Of a stretch of DNA of 64,000 nucleotides, positions 55,781-64,000 are shown one piece after another (the stretch's first letter is position 1; each line of letters begins with the position of its first letter). This stretch comes from Bacteriovoracaceae bacterium (lineage in GTDB: Bacteria > Bdellovibrionota > Bacteriovoracia > Bacteriovoracales > Bacteriovoracaceae): NCBI GenBank assembly GCA_041586955.1, contig JBFGZE010000009.1, positions 1-64,000 of the forward strand. Direction: 5' to 3'. A program made the translations under genes and the position numbers. The notes under the pieces are model-generated. The model was not told where the DNA came from. It searched no databases and worked only from the letters and a program-made list of their open reading frames with translations.

Positions 55781-57693
55781 CCCAAATCCGCGAACAACTT
55801 TCTTATCCCAAATTAACTGGTCCATAGTGGCCGCAGAGTTGCGCCTTTTTTTCCGATCCCCAAAAAAAAGCACGCCCTAACATCAAAAATCTATAAAAAC
55901 TTCATCTCTACTTTTTCATCGTCGTGCTTTGTTACCAAAACCGTTATTCAATCCAAAATTTTTACAAACTTGTCCATTAGTTATTTTCATAACCTTTTCA
56001 CATCCCCCTAATCGCTCATTATTTTTTCTCGAGAGAAGCAACTCACCTCTCAAAGATACTCTTTCGGCCGTATCCACCTGTGGTCGGTAGTTAAGTTGGT
56101 AGTTCCAATATTCGTTTGTAAAAAAGCTCGCTCAAGGTTTTGTACGGAACGTACCTTTGCTTAATTTCTTTTAGTTTTTTCATCATTTTAGTATACACCT
56201 CCCAGTTCGAGCGATTTAATCGCAGTTTCACTTTGCGAGCACTGCAGACAACCTTGCCTGCAATATTGATTAATTTAATTCTTACTTTTTTGGCGTAATA
56301 TCCTAATTGAATTACTTTTCTTCTCTTCCCATCTTTCCCTTTCACCCTTTTTTCCTTCTGCTCCATACAAAAACTTAAGGCCCTCATCAGGTTATGAGCA
56401 AGACTTCCTGCCAAACCAAAAACTTTATTCGCTCTCAATCTTCGACAAGGAAAATGTAAAAAATCATAGCCATATTTTTGCTCCCTCACATAATTTTCCG
56501 CCGTAGCTCTTTGCCGATAAAAATCAATAATTGCCTCTTCGTCCAGATCAAAGGAACTGATATTCGTAATAATTGAATAATGGCGATAACCACTCTCTGA
56601 CGGGTCATCCAGTAAATTAAGTTGTTTATCTTCTTTTGGCGCCCTAATAAAAACCACTCGCAAATTTCCGACACTCTTGATGGGGTAAAGCCCCATCGCC
56701 ACTTCACATTCATCCGAATCAAAAAACTTCAATTTTGTTTTCTTCCAGGTTAAAAGGTGTTTATTCTTTCTCCTCACATAAGAGCCAATATTATCTTTCA
56801 AGGCGATCGCAAAATTGACGCCTTTAATCTTTAAGGCCTGAAACATCACATGCTTACTATAGGCCGAATCCGCTCGGAACCATTTCTCCATATTTTTTGG
56901 AATCTTAGAAAAAATTTTATGAACCCAAAGCTCAGAATCATTTCCAGAAAAAGTGTTTCCAGGGCGAAGGTCAAAGAGATATGAAAATCCATATTGGTCG
57001 TAGGCATTTTGAGAATCCAGGCACCACATATCTTTATAATTCCAGGCGAGCCCTTCCATCTTTTTCGCGTAATGTTCATGGGGAGTTGAATCCATGGTAA
57101 TAATAAATTTATTGTCATGAGGGAAAAGGGCCAAACGAAGCTCAATCACTGATTCAATTAAAGCATCTTGTAATCGTTCAACATGACGATTGCCAAAAGA
57201 GCGCAGAAAATCTCCCATACTGGTGGACGAAATAACCCCGTCTACGGCCACCTGATAAACTTTATCTTCACGAAGATCATCGAGGTCACTGAGAGAGTCA
57301 TTGCCTACCGCGAAAGAAAAAATCAACGCCTTGAGTTTGTTGACCTGCGAAATTCCACGTTTTCTTTTTTTGCGGGGAAGCAAGTGCTTGAATTTCTTTT
57401 CGAGCCGTAATGACGCCCAAAGATGATTTAAAAGAAAAATACCAGAATTTGAAGAAAAGACTTCCGAAGTTGATTCAATCGCAATATTCTTAGGGCTCAT
57501 ATGAAACCTCTTGTTTGTGTTTTGTTGTTGTTTGGAAGCTTAACAATACTCATTCAGGAGGTTTTTTTCATTGGGCGGGGCCAAAAAAAAATAGTCTTAT
57601 TTTGGCCACTTGGGTGAAATTCAAAAAATGGCGAAGAGGCCCATCAGGACTACCTATAAATTAGATTATATGAAAGTTGCTTGGGGTTTTAGG
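55781..57693 (-). mobile_element. IS1380-family insertion sequence, about 1.9 kb
   Basis: Imperfect terminal inverted repeats at 55781-55806 and 57668-57693 (20/26 by manual alignment) flanking a transposase. Confidence 0.75.
56091..57500 (-). CDS. IS1380-family DDE transposase
   Basis: TMDST, LRPGN, FRADSAY, FYRQRATAENYVREQK. Confidence 0.9.
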   Translation of the reverse strand: MSPKNIAIESTSEVFSSNSGIFLLNHLWASLRLEKKFKHLLPRKKRKRGISQVNKLKALIFSFAVGNDSLSDLDDLREDKVYQVAVDGVISSTSMGDFLRSFGNRHVERLQDALIESVIELRLALFPHDNKFIITMDSTPHEHYAKKMEGLAWNYKDMWCLDSQNAYDQYGFSYLFDLRPGNTFSGNDSELWVHKIFSKIPKNMEKWFRADSAYSKHVMFQALKIKGVNFAIALKDNIGSYVRRKNKHLLTWKKTKLKFFDSDECEVAMGLYPIKSVGNLRVVFIRAPKEDKQLNLLDDPSESGYRHYSIITNISSFDLDEEAIIDFYRQRATAENYVREQKYGYDFLHFPCRRLRANKVFGLAGSLAHNLMRALSFCMEQKEKRVKGKDGKRRKVIQLGYYAKKVRIKLINIAGKVVCSARKVKLRLNRSNWEVYTKMMKKLKEIKQRYVPYKTLSELFYKRILELPT

Positions 57694-57709
57694 GAAAATT
57701 GTGTTTACT

Positions 57710-59251
57710 TCAAGAGCGCTCTTTCTCACAGTATAAATCTATTTGATCATCTTTTTTATTTTCAAATATTATCTCTTTTGCTTCAACACCGTCTTTAAAG
57801 CACTTTATAGCGTCTATAATATCTTCTTTTGTTTTTGTGACAATCAATACGCCGTCAAGGGCCTCAAACTTGGTCGCACCATCAGGCACAATGAAGGCGC
57901 CATCTCTTTTAATAAAAAGAACCAGGCATCCCTGAGGCAAGGATAAATCAACGACTCTTTTCTCCACTGAGAAATAAGAGGGTTCAATTCTTAACTCCTT
58001 GATTCCATTACGTGTTTTTTCAAAAACTTCGATATCGATCGGAAAATTCGGATCTTCAACAGACTCTATCAATAGGCCAAGTTTCCTTGCAAAGAATTTT
58101 AAGGTTAATCCTTGAAGAAGCGCTGAAACAAGTACCACGAAAAAAACTATGTCGAAGATGGGATGAGCATTGTCTCTTATTCTTACGGCAGCAAGACTCG
58201 CAAATACAATCGGTGTCGCACCTTTTAGGCCCGCCCAAGAGATAAAGACTTTCTCTCTCAAGGAGAATTTACTAAAAGCTAAACATATAAATATTGTTAC
58301 TGGCCTGGCAATAAATATTAAAAATACAGCTACCATTAGGCCCATGGGAGCGATATTTATAAGCCGACTTGGAAAAACCAAAAGTCCCAGCATTACAAAA
58401 AGTCCAATTTGAGATAACCAGCTTATGCCATCATAAAAACTATAAAGGAGGGATTTATGTAAAATCTTTTTACTGCTTACAATCAGCCCTAGAACATATA
58501 CTGCTAAAAAGCCGTTGCCTTGAAGGTGACTAGAAATAGAATAGCTTAGAAACAAGAATGAGAGAGTTAATGCTGGATATAATCCAACATAACTAAGGTT
58601 GATAATATTATTCAATGATGTAAATACTTTGGATAATCCCCATCCAACTAAAAGCCCAATACACGGATTGAGAAATAAGCTTATTCCTACTTCAGCAGCA
58701 CTATTGTGATCACCATTATTTATAAATCCGAGTAATAGTGAAACTAGGAAATATGCCATTGGATCGTTACTTCCAGATTCAAATTTTAAAAGATTTTTTG
58801 TTGCGGATCCTACCTGTGACCTTTTGTCTTTGAATGCCGAAAATACAGCGGCAACATCTGTAGCCGATAAAATGGCCCCAAGAAGTAATGATTTAATAAT
58901 ACCAAAATCAGTTAAGTAATTTACAAAAATACCAACTAGTGCAGTCGTTATGATAATGCCGAGAGTGGAGAGGGAGACTCCTCGCCATAGATTTTCCTTA
59001 ATGTCTGAAACATTAGTCTCTACACCGCCAGAAAATATTATTAAACACAAAGCAATTACACTTAATGAATGAGTAAGCTCATAATTTTCAAAATGAATTC
59101 CACCGAAACCTTCGCTTCCGGCCATCATTCCAATAAACATGAATACCACAAGAATAGGTAGACCAAATCGATCAGATGATTTACTCAATAGAACACTCAA
59201 TAGTATAATTGAAGAGCCTATCAATAGAAAATTATTCAAAAAAGTTTCCAT
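57710..59251 (-). CDS. CPA1 K+/H+ antiporter (NhaP2/CvrA-like) with TrkA-C domain
   Basis: SATDVAAVF, FESGSNDP, WAGLKGATPIV, FIVPDGAT. Confidence 0.92.
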   Translation of the reverse strand: METFLNNFLLIGSSIILLSVLLSKSSDRFGLPILVVFMFIGMMAGSEGFGGIHFENYELTHSLSVIALCLIIFSGGVETNVSDIKENLWRGVSLSTLGIIITTALVGIFVNYLTDFGIIKSLLLGAILSATDVAAVFSAFKDKRSQVGSATKNLLKFESGSNDPMAYFLVSLLLGFINNGDHNSAAEVGISLFLNPCIGLLVGWGLSKVFTSLNNIINLSYVGLYPALTLSFLFLSYSISSHLQGNGFLAVYVLGLIVSSKKILHKSLLYSFYDGISWLSQIGLFVMLGLLVFPSRLINIAPMGLMVAVFLIFIARPVTIFICLAFSKFSLREKVFISWAGLKGATPIVFASLAAVRIRDNAHPIFDIVFFVVLVSALLQGLTLKFFARKLGLLIESVEDPNFPIDIEVFEKTRNGIKELRIEPSYFSVEKRVVDLSLPQGCLVLFIKRDGAFIVPDGATKFEALDGVLIVTKTKEDIIDAIKCFKDGVEAKEIIFENKKDDQIDLYCEKERS

Positions 59252-59484
59252 TATTTTACCTAGTGCAGATTTAACCTTAACCGTATTTAAAAAAATAGGA
59301 GGAGTTAAAAATTTAACTGCTCTTATTTTAAACTATTTATTTATTGGCACAAGCAAGATCATTCTAATAAAGGGTGCAATAAATAAAAATGCGATAATGT
59401 ATTCGTCTAATTACGAAATTTGAATATTGACGCTGTTTAATCTAGGGGGCATCAGTGAAACCCTTGCGGTGTTGTTACATCAAA

Positions 59485-59929
59485 CGACGCTCTTCTAGTG
59501 TCGGCTGTATTAATGATGAGAAATGGCGTCTATTATAATTGTAACATCACCATCATGTGGACAGAGTTTTTTCTAAACTCATAAACAATATTGTGAAATA
59601 AGCGTTGAAGGTTTTCAAAATATTTAAGCTTGAACATCGCCCGGAAATTTATCATTTGAGAAGGTGGGCATACCACCATTCGTCATTTGGGTGATAAGGT
59701 ATTCACCTTTAAGGGCATCGATACAATCGGCGCCAGAAATAAAGGCAAAAATGCCCAAAAGGCAATTATTTTTAGGACATCGCGTAGATTGCCGTTTCAT
59801 GCGAAGCAAAATTGATTTCAACTTCTTCTTGAGAAGAATAGTAGTTATCAACTCCTGACAGTAAATTGGCCCCGACAGGTGAGAAAGTTCTTTATTTGTT
59901 GGATCAATCCAGATAGATTTGGAGTTCAG
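59485..59929 (-). pseudogene. Decayed N-terminal fragment of a second IS1380-family transposase
   Basis: Three frames align to the first ~145 aa of the intact transposase; two frameshifts and in-frame stops. Confidence 0.8.
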
Positions 59930-60251
59930 AAGATTGTGGTGAGTTAATGTTTAAGTTGAAGCGACAAAAACAATAATTTATGACAAAGGTCTCTTCATTT
60001 TTACACGGCCGCAGACGCTAGGCCACTTAGTCAGAAAATTGGTATAATCGAAAAATGGGCAAAATGGCCCATTATATCTGTATATAAATTATTTTCCACG
60101 CTGTCGTTTTTGCGAATTCAAAATCATAAGTTTATTTAATTTAAGTTAGAGTCTCTAAAAATATGGTCTACTTTTTGGGTTTTTAAATAATTAAAATTTA
60201 AATTATAAAATGGCGTTTGTTCTTGTAGCAATATTAAAAAGGGAGAAAAAA

Positions 60252-62489
60252 ATGAAACTAAAGGTTACTTTCTTACTTCCACTGTTTGTAATGATAGGCT
60301 GTTCAACGACCTCATCAGAAAAAGGGCCTATAGAAAATAGGCTTAAAGAGGGTGAGGCGAAATCAAATCAGTTTTGGTGGCCTAATTTAGTAAACCTCGC
60401 TCCATTAAGACAAAATGCAATGGAGTCTAATCCAATGGGCGAAAAATTTGATTATGCTAAAGAGTTTAAAAAGCTAAAGTTAGAAGCAGTTAAAAAAGAC
60501 CTTTCTAAGCTTATGAAAACATCACAAGATTGGTGGCCTGCAGACTATGGCCACTATGGACCACTTTTTATTCGTATGGCATGGCATAGTGCCGGGACTT
60601 ATCGCACTTTTGATGGAAGAGGTGGTGCGGGTGGTGGACAACAAAGGTTTGAACCCCTTAATAGTTGGCCTGATAATATTAATTTAGACAAAGCGAGACG
60701 CCTTCTTTGGCCCATTAAGAAAAAATATGGCAAGAAAATTTCATGGGCAGATTTAATGGTACTTGCAGGTACTGTTGCCATGGAAGATATGGGATTTAAA
60801 ACCTTTGGATTTGCCGGGGGACGTACAGATGATTGGGAAGCAGAGTTAGTTTATTGGGGACCAGAAACTAATTTCTTAGGAAGACACCGTCACATGAAAG
60901 ATGGGAAATTGAAAAAACCATTTGGTGCCACTCAAATGGGGCTTATTTATGTAAACCCAGAAGGTCCAGATGGAAGGCCTGACTTCACGCTTGCTGCAAA
61001 TGCAATTCGTGAAGTTTTTGCTCGTATGGCAATGAACGACGAAGAGACAGTTGCTTTGATTGCTGGTGGACATAGTTTTGGTAAATCTCATGGAGCACAT
61101 CGGTCAAGTAAATGTATTGAAGCTGATCCTGCCGCGGCTCCGGTTGAATCACAAGGACTCGGGTGGAAAAATACATGTGGAGAAGGAAAAGGAAAGGACA
61201 CTATCGGAAGTGGGATCGAAGGAGTTTGGACGTCAACGCCTACTCAATGGAGTATGGAGTTTCTTCAATTCCTTTATGATTTTGAGTGGAAAAAGATTAA
61301 AGGGCCTGGAGGAGCGATTCAATGGGAGCCAGTTGATGAAAGTTTAAAAAGTCTAGTTCCAGATGCACATGTTTCAGATAGAATGCATCCGCCGATGATG
61401 CTTACAACAGATCTGGCCCTAAGGTACGATCCCGCTTATGCCAAAATCAGTAAACGATTTTTGAATAATCCTAAAGAGTTTGAAAATGCTTTTGCTAGAG
61501 CATGGTTTAAGCTTACCCATAGAGATATGGGGCCACGTTCACGTTATATTGGAAGTGAGGCGCCTAAGGAAGAGCTTATTTGGCAAGACCCAATTCCAGA
61601 AGTTGATCACAAGTTGATTAATTCATCAGATATAGCAAACCTTAAGAGTAAAATTCTAAGGTCTGGTTTAACAGTTCCGGAACTTGTGAGAACAGCTTGG
61701 GCCTCAGCTTCTAGCTATCGTGGAACAGATATGCGCGGAGGAGCAAATGGAGCACGCGTGCGTTTGGCACCTCAAAAAGATTGGGCCGTAAATAATCCCA
61801 AAGAACTATCAAGAGTCTTGGCCAAACTGGAAAAGATTAAAGTTGATTTTAATAAGTCTCTTTCCGGTGGGAAAAGGGTATCTCTCGCAGACGTCATTGT
61901 TTTAGGGGGAAGTGCAGCAGTCGAAAGAGCGGCCAGAGAAGCTGGTGTCAAAGTTAGTATTAGCTTTGCCCCTGGACGTATGGACGCAGACCAGGTGAAG
62001 ACAGATGTAGAATCCTTTTCGGCACTAGAACCTATCGCTGATGGATTTAGAAATTTCTACTCGAAAGATGCAGAGTACTCGCCAATTATTTCATTAGTTG
62101 ACCGTGCTAATATGCTAACTCTAACAGTACCTGAAATGACTGTTCTTGTGGGTGGACTTCGATCGCTAGGGGCCAACTCTAGTATGTCCAAGCATGGTGT
62201 TTTAACTAAACGGATTGGCGTTTTATCCCCAGATTTTTTTGTCAACTTGTATGACATGTCAACAGAGTGGGTTAAGTCGTCAGAGGAAGGTCTGTACGAA
62301 GGACTCGACAGGAAGACTGGTAAAGTTAAATGGACGGCAACACCAGTAGATCTTATATTTGGCTCTAGTGCAGAATTACGTGCTGTTGGTGAAGTTTATG
62401 CTTCTGATGACGGTAAAAGAAAGTTTGTTCAAGACTTTGTGAAAGCTTGGACAAAAGTGATGAGGTTAGATCGATTTGATTTAAAATAA
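60252..62489 (+). CDS. katG: Catalase-peroxidase with lipoprotein-type signal peptide
   Basis: [30 protein letters not shown]-terminus [17 protein letters not shown] after a GGGAG RBS. Confidence 0.96.
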   Translation: MKLKVTFLLPLFVMIGCSTTSSEKGPIENRLKEGEAKSNQFWWPNLVNLAPLRQNAMESNPMGEKFDYAKEFKKLKLEAVKKDLSKLMKTSQDWWPADYGHYGPLFIRMAWHSAGTYRTFDGRGGAGGGQQRFEPLNSWPDNINLDKARRLLWPIKKKYGKKISWADLMVLAGTVAMEDMGFKTFGFAGGRTDDWEAELVYWGPETNFLGRHRHMKDGKLKKPFGATQMGLIYVNPEGPDGRPDFTLAANAIREVFARMAMNDEETVALIAGGHSFGKSHGAHRSSKCIEADPAAAPVESQGLGWKNTCGEGKGKDTIGSGIEGVWTSTPTQWSMEFLQFLYDFEWKKIKGPGGAIQWEPVDESLKSLVPDAHVSDRMHPPMMLTTDLALRYDPAYAKISKRFLNNPKEFENAFARAWFKLTHRDMGPRSRYIGSEAPKEELIWQDPIPEVDHKLINSSDIANLKSKILRSGLTVPELVRTAWASASSYRGTDMRGGANGARVRLAPQKDWAVNNPKELSRVLAKLEKIKVDFNKSLSGGKRVSLADVIVLGGSAAVERAAREAGVKVSISFAPGRMDADQVKTDVESFSALEPIADGFRNFYSKDAEYSPIISLVDRANMLTLTVPEMTVLVGGLRSLGANSSMSKHGVLTKRIGVLSPDFFVNLYDMSTEWVKSSEEGLYEGLDRKTGKVKWTATPVDLIFGSSAELRAVGEVYASDDGKRKFVQDFVKAWTKVMRLDRFDLK

Positions 62490-62502
62490 GTAGCTTAATA
62501 TT

Positions 62503-62532
62503 TTACCTAGCTGGCCATAGTTAGCTAGGTAA
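62503..62532. terminator. Hairpin between convergent katG and oxidase genes
   Basis: TTACCTAGCT...AGCTAGGTAA. Confidence 0.7.
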
Positions 62533-62589
62533 TCTTAATTATAATTGCGTATGACTTATTTTCCGACGTCTCTATTTCGCGAATTAATA

Positions 62590-63999
62590 TTATATGACTT
62601 TGAAATTTCTCATCATGCTCATATCTTCGTGTTCAAGATTATGACAATGATAGATGAATGTTCCTCTAAAGGTATTAAACCTTTTTATCACTTTTACACG
62701 ATCTCCAGGCATTACTAAAACGGTATCCTTCCAGCCCTCATCCAGGCAACCTTCTAGTTGACCAGACTTTCTATCTATAATTTGAAATTGAGTTCCATGA
62801 ATATGCATTGGGTGGGGCATACCTGTTGGGTTATAGAATTCCCAAATTCTAGATTCACCAAATCTTATAATTTCGTATTTTTCGAAACTGTTGGCCTCGT
62901 AGCCATTACCATTAATAGTCCAGCCAGTACCTCTTTTTGGTATTAACTCTAATATCGTAGGATTACTATAATTTGTAGCTTCTCTTGGATTAATTTTTGA
63001 ATAATTGGATAATTTTGTAGGCATATCAAAGAATACACCTGGTTGATCTAGGATCTCAAATTCAATTATTGTGTATTTAGTACCTCTTCCTTCAACGAGA
63101 GGAAGACTTTCCAGCAGAACTACTTCACCGGAATTATATTTAGAAAAATCTAATAGAAAATCAAATCTCTCAGCTGGAGCAAAATAGAAATTTGATAATT
63201 CGTTCACTTGTTTAAGAAGACCACCATCACTGCCTATTTGCTTAAAGCTATCGCCATTATCTAATGCCATATTAAAAACTCTTGCATTACAACCGTTTAG
63301 CAAACGAATTCTATATAGGCCTTTTTTAACTTTGATTTTTTTCTTGATTTTTCCATTGACTAGCAATTTGTTGCCAAATGCACCCATCATTGATGGCCGG
63401 TATTCCAATTTTCCATTTTTATCAAAGTACTTATCTTGAAGAACTAAATTGAGCTCCTGCTCCTTATTTGGTAATTTTATACTTACTTCATGGTTATCTC
63501 TGACGATAAATAGACCGGCCAATCCTTGATAAACCTGAAAACCGGTCCTTCCATGTGGATGTGGGTGATACCAGTACATACCAGCTCTATTTTCAACGAC
63601 AAAGTCGTAAGTATAAATTCCATTGGTATTTATCGCAAAATGTGGATGCCCATCATTCTCATGGGATACATCTAGTCCATGCCAATGAACTATAGATTTT
63701 TCAGGTAAAGAGTTTTTAAAAATAATTCTTACGTTGTCACCAGCTTTAACATTAATAATTGGGCCAAGATAAGAGTTCTCCACGACTTTAAGCGAATCTT
63801 TTGGACCTTTAATTAACTTTCCTACATACGACCAAAATTTTGTAGTTCTGTTGTCATCAATTTTTAAAAGGAGTTCACTTGCGGTCAGCTCGATGATTAT
63901 GTCAGGCCCAGTCAAGCTAGATAGTGTATCGGAAGTTACTTTTGCCCAAGAATTTGTCAAAGAAGCAGCAGCTCCAAAACCAAGCAATCCTTTTCCCAA
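62590..63999 (-). CDS. Multicopper oxidase (CueO/laccase-like); start lies beyond the window
   Basis: HWHG, WYHPH, HPMHIHG, HCHNLEHEDMSMM; remains of a signal h-region at the edge. Confidence 0.93.
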   Translation of the reverse strand: MGKGLLGFGAAASLTNSWAKVTSDTLSSLTGPDIIIELTASELLLKIDDNRTTKFWSYVGKLIKGPKDSLKVVENSYLGPIINVKAGDNVRIIFKNSLPEKSIVHWHGLDVSHENDGHPHFAINTNGIYTYDFVVENRAGMYWYHPHPHGRTGFQVYQGLAGLFIVRDNHEVSIKLPNKEQELNLVLQDKYFDKNGKLEYRPSMMGAFGNKLLVNGKIKKKIKVKKGLYRIRLLNGCNARVFNMALDNGDSFKQIGSDGGLLKQVNELSNFYFAPAERFDFLLDFSKYNSGEVVLLESLPLVEGRGTKYTIIEFEILDQPGVFFDMPTKLSNYSKINPREATNYSNPTILELIPKRGTGWTINGNGYEANSFEKYEIIRFGESRIWEFYNPTGMPHPMHIHGTQFQIIDRKSGQLEGCLDEGWKDTVLVMPGDRVKVIKRFNTFRGTFIYHCHNLEHEDMSMMRNFKVI

Positions 64000-64000
64000 A

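Noticed and set aside
55775..57700. Target-site duplication for the IS
   Set aside because: The flanks (TAAAT and GAAAAT) are not an exact repeat at the IR-defined ends.
59624..59851. 75-aa ORF as a real small gene
   Set aside because: It is one frame of the decayed transposase.
1..64000. CRISPR arrays, rRNA, prophage, integrase or anti-phage defence genes
   Set aside because: No regularly spaced repeats or matching protein motifs were seen by eye.

Overview
AT-rich bacterial chromosomal window. Gene content and style (many secreted hydrolases, degenerate PilZ/HD-GYP-like proteins, a cN-II-type nucleotidase) suggest a Bdellovibrionota/Bacteriovoracia-like predator; this is inference only. 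Positions 1-55.7 kb look like core genome: lipA/lipB, glnS, dppABCDF, M17 aminopeptidase, sfsA, pyrE, gltA, rpmE/rpmG/rpmB, two exbBD pairs, proteases, a hybrid kinase and an MMPL transport operon. Embedded in it are a three-gene DUF692 (MNIO) bufferin-like RiPP cluster with an apparently lipidated precursor, an adjacent candidate structured RNA, a secreted patatin-like protein with non-canonical catalytic motifs, and a nucleosidase plus SPL-like radical SAM pair. After tRNA-Ala(GGC) (55658-55733) a probable accessory island begins: an intact IS1380-family element, a K+/H+ antiporter, a decayed second IS1380 transposase, a lipoprotein-type KatG and a multicopper oxidase. Two genes missing from the ORF track were read by hand (adenosine deaminase-like at the left edge, and rpmG). 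All family assignments come from motif recognition by eye; no searches were run.
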